Of a stretch of 64,000 nt of DNA, positions 1-62,940 are shown piece after piece. The first letter of the stretch is position 1, and the number at the start of each line of letters is the position of its first letter. The stretch lies in NCBI RefSeq assembly GCF_037042905.1, contig NC_087252.1, positions 26,104,001 to 26,168,000 of the forward strand. Direction: 5' to 3'. The position numbers and the translations under genes are program-made. The notes below the pieces were generated by a model. That model did not search any database. It saw nothing but the letters and a program-made list of their open reading frames with translations, and was not told the origin of the DNA. Source of the stretch: Lytechinus pictus (taxonomy: Eukaryota).

Positions 1-744
1 GACTGGGGCGGGACAGTTGCCCACAGATGTCATGAAATCTTTAATTTGTTATTTTAAGAAATCCCAGAATCATACAAAAGTGTAGAGCAAATCCTTTAAT
101 TTTGATCTTATTTTCCAATGCTTTAGTAAAAAAAGGTCAGTCACTTTTCTTCTTTACACATTCCACATTGTGCCACCTCTATGGCCTTTAGTGTAAGACA
201 GCTATTCTAGTGTTTTATGAAGATGATTCGATATTTTAGTCCAAAACGTTGCTTATACCGGGAGTGTATAATTACGCAACCATACAGACGTATATTCGTT
301 AGACCTTAAACCACTAAATCTCATTTTAAATGTATAAATACAGTTTGTCAATACCTTTGTTTTAACGTTTAAATGTTTACGACACAAAATTTGATTTATT
401 TTCATCTTACATTAAGTTAAATATTATTCATCTGATCACTCAGGTAGAAGTTTAAAACAAAGATAATGATACCCATAAAACTGGAGAACTTTTTCCAAAG
501 CTCTGTCTTGAAAGATCTCTTTCTGAATTCAGCTCATAAGCATTATATCCAGTTTCATCAAAGTAATTAGATAAACATTACTCATCATTACAAATTGCAT
601 TAGATTTAGTGAAAAGCATCACAATATATAATTCTGTATATAGGCCTAAACATCATGTACATGAAAATTGAATGATAATATATAAACCTGGATTGATGAT
701 GTATTACAAATGATTCATGATGACTTGTAGTATCATTGTATATG

Positions 745-1486
745 CAGTGGCGTCGATCCGGGGGGGGGGGGGGCAGGGAGCGATCGCCCTACCAATGAAA
801 ATATTGGGTTTGTGTGGCAAACATATCGTTTTGCCCTCCCCCAATAGTTCCGCATGTGCAAAAATAAAATAAGATGGTAATGTGACACATAAATCAGCAA
901 GTGAGATAGAGCTACACAACTCGTTCTTTATTCAAAATCGTGCAAATTGTCCGCTTTTCAGATTGGAATATAAAAATGTTCAGCTCGCACTTCGCGCTCG
1001 CATCATTTCTGTAGCAAAACCCCATACTTTTCATGATTAAATATATGTGAATAGAATGTCCCGTTTTCAGTTCTAATCAAAATAACTCCCGCTTCGATCT
1101 GCAATAATCTTTTGTTGGATATAATCTTGTTCTCTATTAAAATCGTCCATTAAACTGTCATTTTTTCAGATCGAAATATCAAAATTTTAAGCTCGCGCTT
1201 TGCGCTCGCATTTATTGTTTTTTTTCGATACCCATCTTAATCATTGGTACCAAAATGCTTAGAATATAAACCTTTCTGGTCAGAATATAAAGAAATTTTA
1301 GCTCGCCCTCGGCACTCGCATTATCTGTGTAGTGAGATATGTATCCTCCTCACGAGTTGCTACAAACAGTCCTAAACAGGCACCTTTTTCCTTTTTTCAG
1401 GTCAGTATACTATAAGAATTTCAGCTCGCGCTTCGCGCTCGCATTAATTTGTTGGTGAGATATGTGTCTCCATCTCATGAGTCATA

Positions 1487-1517
<31 letters not shown>

Positions 1518-1637
1518 ATATAATTATATATGTACACCTTTTTCAACATTTTCTTTTATGGCGCCGGTGAAGTGCAAAAATTTGTGCGCCGCTCGGCAGT
1601 GCGCCCCCCCTTTCGCAAAAAGCTGGATCCGCCTATG
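745..1637. mobile_element. Probable non-autonomous DNA element(s) with internal repeats of cagctcgcgcttcgcgctcgcat
   Basis: Ends cagtggcgtcgatccggggg and ggatccgcctatg are imperfectly inverted; motif recurs near 981, 1190, 1300, 1422; no clear target duplication. Confidence 0.45.
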
Positions 1638-1686
1638 GTGAAGATCCAGACTGGTGACGTGTCCACAGTGTAAAATCACCATCTTA

Positions 1687-3292
1687 AGGCCCGAGCGTTG
1701 TTGGAGCGGTCGTGGAGCGGAGAGAAAAATCATCACCGCTCGCTACCGTTCACCACCGTTTAACCAAAGTTGGCCTCCGTTAAGGCAACGCCGAATACGC
1801 TCGGCCACTGCTGATGGTCCCTCCTACCGCTCCGAAAGTTTTGAGCTGCTCAAAATATTGCGAGCGGTGAGGAGCGGGCAATTTTCCGCTCGAGCAAAGT
1901 TGACTACCGCTCTAACAACGCCCAGTCAAAGTTTGGCACCGCTAGACGTAAGTTCGTGAACGCTTAGGTCCGCTAGGCCAACGAAGAAATCTTGAATGCT
2001 GGACAACCGCTGCTTCGCCAGCGTTGCCCGGCCGGTGATTTAACGGTTCACAAACTTTTGTGGAGTGGTTGTAAGCGTTTTCCGAGCGGACACGGGATAG
2101 CTGAAATGGTGCTGGGCGTTAAAGTAGCGATCCATTGCGGTGATGGACCTTGGTTTAGCGTTGGTATGGAGGTGTCGGAGCGGTACCAGAATTTTGCTAT
2201 AAATACGGGGAGAAATTAATAGGGAGCTCATTTGGAATCAAAATGGGCTGATAATCCGTGTTTTTTGCATTTACATGAGAAACGTTTTGATTTCGGTTTA
2301 AATTCTATCATCATCATTTTGCCAGGTGTCTAAGCTTTAAGTCGATACCAAATTTAGCTGCCCGTTTTTATGTTAGAGCCAATTTTACTTGAGACATCAC
2401 CCCCAAAACCTGTTCAAAAACGGTCATTTTTATACCGTGCAGTCATTGCAGCGCACCGTGTGGGGTGTACATTCCCGTTCATTTTTGCAATTTTGCACGG
2501 CGGGGACGATTCCCCTACCATTCCATGAAATTCCGGGCATAATGTAAACAAAATGAAGGTTGATAAGGCATATAAGGGCTACCCAGCCCTCTTCCAGAGA
2601 TAAAAGTTACTTGTAGAATAATTTCAGCCAAAAACCCTCATCATAGTAAAACATTCGTTGTTATATACTCTGCGTTTTAACCAAGTCTACACAGCTTGAT
2701 AAAGCATGGTTAATATTTTTCAGATTTCAAAGTATTTTTTAATCTAATGATCATTTTGATGCCATAAAATTATTTTCAGGATCTCATACACACTTTTTAG
2801 GCATGTGAGAAGCATAAACCAACATTCACTCTGATCAATCTTAAAGTAACACATAACACAAAGTTTATATACTTCACATTGTTTAGCGTAATTTTTCTTT
2901 TCACAGCCAATCAAACTTTGGTATCAAAGTGACATCAAACGGGCTTTAAATTATGTTCAGTAAATTCTACGCCCAAAATTACCCTTAATCTACATGCTAA
3001 AGTAAAAATATAACACGGAAAATAATTTTGGCGCACTTTCAACTCATTCTGGCCCACTGTGCGACGCCCGCATGCGCATAACTCCGCTCTATCAACGCTC
3101 GAGTCACCGCTAAACCAATGCTCGCAACGGCTCGCCACCGTTAAACCAACGCTAAAGCTATGCTGGCTTCAGCGGTGCACCGCTAAGGCAACGCCCATGT
3201 TTTCTATTTTTCCCCCAATTTTGTGAGCGTTGTCGAAATTCGACCTTCTCTCCCTACCGCTCCAACAATGCTCGGGCGGTGTGACCAGGCCT
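1687..3292. mobile_element. Non-autonomous Harbinger/PIF-like element
   Basis: tta|aggc...gcct|tta; inverted cccgagcgttgttggagcggt / accgctccaacaatgctcggg; left TIR has a small deletion. Confidence 0.65.
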
Positions 3293-3880
3293 TTACTTTA
3301 ATATCTGAGCATTTAAACAAGATGTATGATATCTTCACATAATCCACTATGTGAGCACACTGTGTGAACACTTCACTAAGGTGTCCACAGTGTGGGATTT
3401 TCTTCAATACCACTGTTGAATTTAAGCATTTTAACAGTGTGAACGTGTGAATCACACTTTCAAATAGTCCATTATGTGAGCACACTGTAAGCACGTACTC
3501 CTCTTCAGTTTCCACATTGTCCAGTGTCCAGTGTGGGATTTTCTTTACACTAATAAATTTGAGTATTTTAATTGTGTGAATACATCCTCACATAATCCAC
3601 TATACATGTATGTGAACACGCTGCGAAGATCCACACTGATGGGGTGTCCACAGAGTGAAATCAACTCACTTTAAAAATTTTGCATTTAAATAGGGAGTAT
3701 CACATTTATTATAATAGTCCATTATGTGAGCACACTGTAAGCACTCCACTTACATGTAGGCGTCCACACTGTCCAGTGTGAGATTTTCTTTTCACTTATA
3801 AATTTGAGCCTTTAAATTGAGTGAATGAAATCCTCACGTAATCAATTATGTGAACACATTGTGAACACAGTATGTGACAC
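3293..3880. repeat. Degenerate ~120-bp minisatellite (gtgtccacagtgtg...tccactatgtgagcacactgt); one further unit at 1638-1686
   Basis: About five diverged units visible. Confidence 0.65.
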
Positions 3881-3889
3881 TGGTTTTTC

Positions 3890-4092
3890 CTAGTCTGCAG
3901 ACACAGACCCTTGGTTTTTGCAATTTGCATAGTGCATAATGCAGAGTCTGAAATAGTGAGACTAGATTCACTATGTACAATGTACTGTGGCTGGCTTTGA
4001 TTATTTGACACAGAGAGCTTGGTATCTAGTCTTCACTCCAGACATGATATGATTGGTTAAAGTGTCCAATATGAGTCTGTGCTTGCAGACTA
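3890..4092. mobile_element. ~200-bp MITE
   Basis: ctagtctgcagacacagac / gtctgtgcttgcagactag inverted ends. Confidence 0.55.
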
Positions 4093-4125
4093 GTTCTTTC
4101 CAGCATGGAACACAATGAAAAAGTA

Positions 4126-4525
4126 ATAGACCAGTTCGTAGTTACTTCATGGACAATTTTGGTCAAATGACCTTTCATTTCTTTCATTGAAATAGGCAGA
4201 TTTCAGAGCGAGATAATATGTAAGGATGTCTTCCATAGCAAGATGAAGAAATTGAAAAGACAAGGTGACTAGAATAGCACGTCATTGAATGCTCTATGAA
4301 GGTATTTGTTGCATTTCTACTTTGAATGCATATTACTTGGTAAACTGTGAAATACCAGTCGTTTGTGGACGCATTGTTGTGGATGTAAATAAAAAGCACA
4401 ATTCAAAAGATGATCAAGACATCTGAAAGATGGTGCGTATCTCATTAAATATTTGAACCAATGTCACTTTAGTACAAATGACCTTCCTCTGATCATGCGC
4501 AGAATGGAACTACGAACTGGCTTAT
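4126..4525. mobile_element. ~400-bp MITE
   Basis: aatagaccagttcgtagtt / aactacgaactggcttatt inverted ends. Confidence 0.6.
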
Positions 4526-5224
4526 TGACTGAACTGGAGGTCCTCACAAATACCATGACTGATAAATTGTCAGATAGCATTGACACAATCTAAAGTGAAC
4601 TCTACAGACCTTTAGTTTCATTATACTGTACTGACATAGATCTACCAGCATTTCTAATTAGATAATTATCCTTAAGTGTTTTTCTTCATAGAATCTGTGT
4701 TTCTCACTAGGTGTTTTCAGACCACCTAGCTAGGACACAAGCATACCCATTAATTGATGATAACTTCAAACCTCAAGATATTATTCCACATTCACACCAA
4801 AAGTGAAGAAAAAAATCTTGAAGTTAAGCACCTGCACAGTGTCACTATTAGGGATATTACAACCATTTTCCTTCCACATTGGCAAAAATATCTGGTATTC
4901 TCTGATCAGGGTTGATCAGGGTAAATTTCCTGATCATAGAATACCTGGTATGCTAGAACTTCAAGGCAGTCTGAATGCTCCTACTATTACAAGGAATTAT
5001 TCTGGAGGTGATTCACAATAGAATAACCTCCTGTAAACAACTTCCATTGCCTTTAACCCACTACCTACTGGAAGCATGCGATTCCTTTACAATGCCTATA
5101 GAAGTTACATAATTTTGCAGTGAATACTGGGCAGCATTTGTATAGTGTCAAGCACTGCTAAAATCATAAAAGTTATTTTTTTACTGGGCATTGTTGTAAA
5201 ATTTAAAATCAAGGTGTGTGAACA

Positions 5225-5505
5225 GGGCCTTGTAACTAATCAATTGTAACTAATCAATATAAACCTCAATTACATGGAAATCTATCGATGTCGTAATATT
5301 TACTTCAAGAATTTTGCACATTATCCTTGGTTAACACAGAGCTAGGAAGCACTCAGAATTGTGAATTCAGCACTGAATGTAATGTTATGAGTATACATTA
5401 TATCGAAACCATTTTGAACAAACATGCAATTTAGATGTTGGCATTGCTGGCTTTCCATAGTTGTGGTTGATCGCATCGATCGCAACTCTTTGTAAGACGG
5501 GGCCC
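5225..5505. mobile_element. MITE family A (gggcccgtcttacaaagagttg), left end eroded
   Basis: Homologous to 9587-9861 (inverted) and 51407-51679. Confidence 0.65.
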
Positions 5506-5513
5506 TATCTTAC

Positions 5514-14242
<8,729 letters not shown>

Positions 14243-15393
14243 ACTCCAAAGCAACAAGGGATCACAGATCAGAGGCAGTCATGGTGACTTTAAGGTTGTT
14301 CAATTTCTGAAAGACAGAAGAAAATGAAATGGTCCATAATTCTTTCTCCTGAGAGATTAATATAAAGACATACTCTAAATATTTACGATGGATTGTAACT
14401 TCTTTGTACATTAATAGCCACATATCCACAGTTACGCTTGGTTAAAAAATTGGTTCTAACCTTTTTGTAAAGGAGTAGGACCCAGATGTAACTTAAATTG
14501 GATTCTTTCATCTGGCAATCAAGAGGATGTAACCCAGTTGAAAATACTGGAAATGGATAACAAATCTCTCCTTTTTTCAATCTAAAAGCTCTGGTATTGA
14601 CATCTCATTGTTTTGTTTATATCAGTCAGGTTGATGGTAAATAATGTGCAAAATACAGAAAGCATGACTATATTTAAGCCATATCATGCATGGATTTTTG
14701 TTACACTGTTTGTAGTAGATAGGTAGGTAGGTACTTCACTTGCACAATTTTCCATTCACAATGGAACTAACACTGCAAAGGTGTTCTCAAAATGAATAAG
14801 TATTATTTCTTGCAAATTTCAAGATGTTTTATTTACTTTTTCTCCAGGTAACACTTCACTGAAGAGTCGTACCAGAAAAAATATTGCTTATCAGAAAATT
14901 TGAGTTACAACTTACTCAATCAGGAAATTAACTTTGCAATGAAAGTGAAAAAACTAACACTATCTCTTTTCCATTTGCATTTTGTAATCAAGATTAATCA
15001 GAATAAAAATATATATTATTTGAAAAAAAAATCCAAATTTATTTCCATACCCTCATTTTTCAAACTACTATTTCTGAGGTCAATGCATGATAAAATCAAA
15101 TACATAAAACTTCTTCTTTACAGACTTTATATAACCAATGAATGATAACAAAATTGAAAAAAGGGAAATTCAAAATTACATGCAAACAAAAGATATATGG
15201 CAAAAAAAAAAGTATTGGAACTATACTATTTCTATTATTTTTAGTATTGGAATTATAATATCATTTTATAATATTTCCAATATTAATCCAATATTAAAAC
15301 AATATTGGGATTAAATTATAAAAAGTATTATAAAATAATAAGTTCATTGCTTATAAATAATCAGACTTTTATCAGAGCATACAACAACCACAA

Positions 15394-15510
15394 CTGGGCG
15401 TTGTGGCGTGCGCCTGTAATCCAAGCTATGTGGGGAAGTTACAACTTGATAATATAAATAATCATATCTGATTGATACACGTCTGACAAAACTCCAATAC
15501 ACACACACAC
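15394..15510 (+). mobile_element. 7SL/Alu-like 5' fragment followed by an unrelated body and (CA)n tail; possible 7SL-derived SINE
   Basis: ctgggcgttgtggcgtgcgcctgtaatccaagcta closely resembles the 7SL/Alu 5' motif ccgggcgcggtggcgcgtgcctgtagtcccagcta. Confidence 0.5.
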
Positions 15511-15986
15511 AAAATTGAGTGAATTTTACAGGTGCTTATTGGGGACTGCATCGTAAGCCTACTGGAAGACAGAGAATGCAGTGAAAATAGAGAAATCTAT
15601 ACATATTTAATGGGAATAGAGTGCAGGGGAGCCGATACTAGACAGTGATGGATTGAGCTGGAAGGGATAGAGAGGTGTAGTATGAGGGTATTAATAGGGA
15701 GAAGGAATTTAAAGCAGAATATAATAAGGAAGAGATTGAAGCGAAATTGAGGTAAGAGAGCGAGAAAATAAAATGAGGAATAGAGAAAGAAAGAAACCAA
15801 AAGGTTTAATATGGGGATAAGGTGGGAAGACAGAGGGAGGGAAAAGTGAGAGTGGGAGAAAAAAAAACAGAAGAGTGACACAAAGGGGAGTAACAAACCA
15901 GTCAGCCTAAATAGAGGGAAGGGGGGTTTAATACATACGAATGTCTAATTTGTAATATTGCTTCAAAAAGGGTCCATAGATAAAAA

Positions 15987-16206
15987 CACCTTTTAGAGGA
16001 ATTTTGATATAAATTCTACCATCACCACCACCAACAATGTTAGTAACATCAGCTCTGCCATAACCATCATTATCGTAATCACCATCAATATCATCACCTT
16101 TTAGAGGAATTTTGATATAAATTCTACCATCACCACCACCAACAATGTTAGTAACATCAGCTCCGCCATAACCATCATTATCGTAATCACCATCAATATC
16201 ATCACC
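15987..16206. repeat. Near-perfect 108-bp tandem duplication
   Basis: caccttttagaggaattttg... at 15987 and 16095; one mismatch seen. Confidence 0.9.
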
Positions 16207-16711
16207 AACACTGTCGTCATAAAATGATCATCACCTTCGTCACATCACCATGGCAACGATATAGGTCATCCACCAGATTTCCTCCCAAGAATAACCCACT
16301 ACATGCAGACTTGTGCAACATCTCTTGTCGCTTATTATTCACAAATTGGTTTTTAGAAATAGATATCACGCAAACACACATTGAATATACAAGAACAAAC
16401 ATATTTTGGCCAATTCGATACACGCACTGCAATATAAGTCTCTACACATCTCCATTCTCCCGCTTTCTTCGAAACCGCATCCATTCATATGAGCACGTAC
16501 ACCGTCTGCAAACAGAGGATGCATATACGTAAACATATCGTACACCGAGCACACTCGAACTTTCGAAAAGGCATCCCCGAACGTTTTCCCTTTCCAGAAC
16601 CCTAGCGGTTTCGTTGGTAAAATGACAAAGACAATGTAATAATACATTCTCACAACACAACATGTATCAAAATAGAAGTGTGATTAATAAGTCAAGGAGA
16701 TTGATATTTAC

Positions 16712-16960
16712 CTGTTTGTTTTCACTTGCCGTGAGTTAGTTCAGTCTTCGTCGAATGTTAATCAAACGAATACGTGCGGCTGCAGCGCAGCTCTGGCATC
16801 CGTGCATGCAGTGCAGTGAACATTATATTGCGTGGTTTCTCTGTTCTGTGGCGTGTGTGTGTGGGCGCCACACAAGATCAGAAAGTGGTCGACGGGGCCA
16901 CTTAATCATCAAATGCTGTGAACAGGTGTCTCGCGACCATTAATGAAAAGTACCGTACGT
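16712..16960 (-). promoter_or_regulatory. Probable non-coding first exon and promoter of the FAM234-like gene
   Basis: Minus-strand donor cag|gtaaat at 16712/16711 in a locally CpG-rich, repeat-free stretch upstream of the ATG exon; start site not determinable. Confidence 0.45.
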
Positions 16961-17339
16961 GAGCACTTGAACATCAATTGCATTATCCTTGCCTCTCTGC
17001 CCAAAATACAACAGTATCCACAGTCCTTTATTCCATTAGGGGTTAGAAATCATCAAGGCTAGGAGAGAAAATCATACTTATTTTAATCACTGTTTGATTA
17101 TGTATAATAACTTTTAATTTATCCCCCATTTTTAAACCACAAATAAAATTATGTCCTCTTATCAGTAATATTTAACTTTTAGTATTTAATAGTAAGAGGC
17201 CAACAGTTCCTGTACTTTTTTTCACTCATTTAATTGTTTTATAAGAAGCTCATGCCACTTGCATTTTTCTCAAATAAAAATTAATCCTACTCTGATTAAT
17301 TCAGTCTCCAAATCTCTAAATTTATAATTATAAATCATT

Positions 17340-18580
17340 TTTCTTTCTTCACCTCTTTTTTCCACTCTTTCTCCCTTTCCCAACACCCCTTTTTCTTCTT
17401 ATATTTCTCTCCTTATCCTCTCATTCTCCCCTCCCACTCTCTCTCCCCCTCCCCCCCCCCTTCTCACATCTCATTCTGTACCCCCCTCTCTCCCTGTATC
17501 TGTTTTTTAGTAACTTGTGTAGGAACTCGGCAAAGCAGCTTTCCGCTGAAAATTACAAATTGAATCAATCAGTCATAGTAGCTAAACCTTTTAGATGACA
17601 GAAAATACGCTCGGGCCTTTTTGGTTAAAGTGGAGATGATGGCTGAGTAGGGATTCAAACTCAAACATTACAGTCATGAGTATAATGCTCTAACCATCAG
17701 ACCACACGACCCCCCCCCCCTTCTCTATATTGGTAACTATCTCGCTCACTCTCCTTTTCTCCCCTTTCTTTCTTGTACCTCTCTCTTTATCACTCTCTCT
17801 CCCCACCCCTCTAACAACCCCTCTCTTTCTCCCTCCTCCAACTACCTCTCACCCATTTCACTCTACCTCAAATTTCACGCACCCACTCTCTTTCTCTTTA
17901 TCCCCAACCCTCAACCTTCCCCACCTTTGAAGCTCTCTCTCTCTCTCCACATCTGACTCTAACTCTCATTTCACCCACTTCTCTTTCATCTTTCTTTTTA
18001 TTTTATCCCCTCCACCCCATGAAGTTCTCGCTCTCCTTCCCTCTTCCTCTACCTCTCATTTCACCCACTCCTCTTTCTTCCCTTTCTCATTATTTGCCAC
18101 CCCTCGCTTCTCTCCCCCCCTCTCTCTCTCTCCTCCCTGTACCTCACCCATCTTTCATCTCTCTCTTTTCCGGCCTTCATCCCTTCCTCTTAAAGCTTCT
18201 AAGTTTTCTGTCTCGATCAATAATCATTAGGCTAAAATTTCCCCATTTTGAAAAGCTGTTTGCCAAGTATTTGTTTTAAAACTTTTATCAAAGTTTGCTT
18301 CTTTCATACTTTTCTAACCTTTTCTAACATACCATTTTCTATTAAATCTCTATCTGCTCTGTTACCCTGCTCCCTTATCTCTCTCCTTTCTTGTTTACCC
18401 CTTATATCTCTTCCTCTCCCTTTCTCGTCCTACATTTAACTTCTCTGTTACTCTCCCTAGCTCACCCCCCCTCTCCCTATACCTCCCTATGTATATCTAC
18501 CTGCTCTAATCTTAAGTACACCTGTTGCTGTTCCCCACTCTTTTATGTGCACTCTCTCTCTCCCTCTCTCTCTCATTATC
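17340..18580. repeat. Polypyrimidine (CT-rich) low-complexity region interrupted by a degenerate minus-strand SINE (~17520-17708)
   Basis: Base composition; reverse tRNA-like head gggattcaaac...ctctaaccatcagaccacacgac. Confidence 0.7.
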
Positions 18581-18649
18581 TTATAATGTACTTGCAGCTT
18601 TAGAATACTATCTATTGAAATTACCAACTGAATACCAAATACCCACATG

Positions 18650-19070
18650 CAGGGTGCTACATAAGCACTTGCCTGATTGCCCAGGGCAAGTAAAAGTTAG
18701 AGTCGGGCAAGTGTTTTGAAGTAAATACCACACCTACTTGCCCGAATTGGGCAAGCAAAATTCTCACAGCAGAATGACCAAAATTAGGGTCGATATGATA
18801 TGATATTGACCCTAATTTTGGTCATGGCGGGCAAGATAACATCACTTTGGAAAAAGAAATGCAATAACAAGGTAGATCAGTTCATTTTAAAAGAGAGAAA
18901 AGGGTCAATGGTTTATGAACCGCAAAACTTTCTTTTGAAGAGGTAAAAAAAAAATTTCAAGGATTTTTTGGGGCAAGTGAAATAGATTTTTGGGGCAAGT
19001 ATATTCCAACTATTTAAAAAGTTCCTTGCCGGACCGGACAAGTGCTTCTAAAAAGTTATGTAGCACCCTG
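18650..19070. mobile_element. Non-autonomous hAT-like element with 6-bp target duplication
   Basis: cacatg|cagggtgctacataa...ttatgtagcaccctg|cacatg. Confidence 0.8.
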
Positions 19071-21083
19071 CACATGTATTTCCAGTAAGTTAAGTACTAG
19101 TATTTCAAATAGGATATTAGACAGAATGCATGATAAAAGTAGAATTTTGATAATACTACGCAAAACAAACATACAAGGAAGGAAAAATGAGACATAAAAA
19201 CCTGATTCATACATAATATCATACATACTCAATATTATTTATTTCCATTAAAAAAAAAATCAATCATTTTAAAAGACAAGGCAAGAGTTGGTTTGATTTG
19301 AGAATATCAAAAGCATGACATAATACCGGATATGAAATGTAGTATAAACATCATCAATCCATTACAAAAATCAGAAATCAATTACTCTTCTGTTAAAAAT
19401 TCCCTTTTTTCAAATAAAAAGGAAAAATACCCTGCAGAGTTAATACAAAATAATGAGGAAATAAAATAAGTTACCTTAAATATGTATTCCTTTGGATACA
19501 TCAATATGAGGGTTGTAGCACCATAAAAGCAGCATATATTTCCAATTGAAATGGTTTTCATAAAGAATAAGAAGATATAATGGTATATGTTTACTAAACA
19601 GGCTTTCAAATGTTTTTTCCTCTCTAATATGCACCAGATTTGATTCTTGAAAGCATGCTAAACAATGATTTCAGTAAAGAAATAAAGACATTAAGGGGTA
19701 CATATAAAATATATACACTGTACAATGCAATCAAACACAACTTTACATTAAGCTAAAAAGTTATCTATTCTGCTCAACTTTTAGTTTGAATTTGCATTTT
19801 GGTAGAATTGATAATTAGTACCTGATAAAAGGTGACAGAAATAAATAATAATAATTGTGAATTCATATTGTGCAATTTCTACATGGATATCCTAAAATGC
19901 ACACTACAAAAAAGGTGAAAATATAATAGACAAACATGAGTAGGTCAAAACAAAATGGAAGCCAAATATCTTTCTAAAATGCAATACAATGGAAGGGTCT
20001 GATTTATTGAAAACTCTCTTGAAAAAGTTAAGTTTTCAGAAAAAAAATAATTTACAATTCGTTGGATTGAGTGTAGATACCTAAAAAATGTTTGTGCCAT
20101 GTTTCGCTACCACTTTAAGGATCCAATCCAGTGTATGTTAATTCCTGCATACACAAAACGACGTAGGATCTGGCAAACACCATAAAAAAATTGAACAGAA
20201 TTCATCACAAGTTGACATTAAAAAAACTCCCACAAAGAATATTAAAAATAATTCTCAATATTAGCAAATCTACTCTTCCTGCTACTTAATGATGCATATA
20301 CAAGCATTAAAAAAACCTAAAGAAAATGATCATTAAACTTATAAAATACATGGATATAGTTAAAACAGAGGTAGTGCTATCATTAAATTATATCAAACCT
20401 AATCACAAATAACAATTACCTAAATTAATAGAGTCAGCAGAACATATGTATAAAGAGATAATTCATTGGTTCAATAAAAGTTTATTTTCAAGGATGCACA
20501 TATCAGGTTACATAAAATGAAATAAATATAATGTTTATTGTCATAAGATTGGTTTGGTTCATATAGTAAAATATCAAGTAAATTCATTCAATTCTACTTT
20601 TCAAACAACATACAACAGCTTATTAGTTGAATACTGAAATAAGAGTTGTTTTTATTTTCGGATTTTTCGGAAGACCACTCCAAAAATTTCCGATTGATTT
20701 GCTCATTATGGCACTATCATTGTGCATTTTAAGTCACAAATTTGGAACAAGGCAAATACTACCAGGGTATTTATTCCCCATGAAAATTAAAATTCAGTAA
20801 CATTGATTAAAGGCTGAATTCAATTGCTGATTGATAATGTTCCATGATAGGTTTTTTTTCTTCAAATGAACACAACTTCAGCCTTTTGAAAACAGTGTTT
20901 AAGCTACATTCTGTTTCGATGCTGTATCTTGATTTGTATCTAACTGGGAGCTCTGAATATGCATAACAAACGACAAGCATGCCCTGACATAGCACCGCAC
21001 CTGTTTCATTGCATAATCCATTGATAGCTTTTTTGTTCTTTGATGGAAGACCCCAAGTTATGGCGGTAATGAATAACAGTGCT

Positions 21084-21262
21084 CAGGGGGCATTCCATGA
21101 AAGTAGTAGGCACTATCGAACTAAATTGTCAGTGCTGAGACAATATCCGTGAAATCCTTGCTTTTGATTGGCTGAGAAGCACTAGCCTCTGACTGTTTCT
21201 ATAGTAACTGTCAGAGGAAGACAACATTTCATTGCTTGATATTTTCATGAACCGGTCCCCAG
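21084..21262. mobile_element. MITE family C (gggg...ttcatgaa termini, central gattggct)
   Basis: Related copies at ~34945-35080 and ~61552-61689. Confidence 0.55.
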
Positions 21263-21533
21263 GAGTCAAATTCATATACAAAACTACCCCCATTCCCAAG
21301 TCCAAATTAAACAGTTTGCATATCATGTATGTATCCTATTAGCACACATAATATCAAAGCTTATCAAAAGATTGAAATCCGAGTCTGTACGACATAAACT
21401 TTTGTCCCTCTGCAGAAAAAATATATCAAAGTCCTTTTACCGGAGTAGATCTCTTTAGAATGAATCCACATCGGATAATGGAGGGAGCTCAGTAAGTCTC
21501 CCCCAAGACAGTCTTTTCATGTTCATATTCAAA

Positions 21534-62496
<40,963 letters not shown>

Positions 62497-62940
62497 CTGG
62501 AAGAAAAATTTATTGAAAAAAATATGTGCATGTATAATAAAGGCCTGAACTAACAAGAGGTTAAAACCAGGATAGATACAAAGCTAATCAATAAAAAAGT
62601 TGATTTATGGTATTTAGCAATGGATTCAGATGGGAGCAAAAGGTGCGAACCCACACCCCCCTCCCGATTCTTTGAGAGTCATCATTTGAACACACATAAT
62701 ATAGGTTTATCTAAGAAAATTGTCATCTGCAACCCCTCTATATTCAAATTCACTATAATTCCGGATCAACCACTGGGGAATTGGGTTTGCGTTGCTATAA
62801 TTCAGCCGCACAGTATGGTGAAATGAAATGCGTGCACTACCTCTGACTGATACTTCCAGATATCGAGTCTCTCGCTATCCTTGAGGATCACTACATGTGA
62901 AACAGACTCTGCAATTAGCCATCAGAGTTTAAATTCTTAA

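Noticed and set aside
1524..3138. GC-rich ORFs inside the Harbinger-like element
   Set aside because: Short, overlapping on both strands, no transposase motif recognised.
4500..4590. Possible next FAM234-like exon (IVSMLSDNLSVMVF...)
   Set aside because: No recognisable propeller motif, no convincing donor, and it runs into a MITE end; the gene probably continues beyond position 1.
19200..21533. Defined 3' UTR end and polyA site of the KCP-like gene
   Set aside because: Several minus-strand AATAAA candidates (near 20535, 20483, 19240) in very AT-rich DNA; cannot choose without transcript data.
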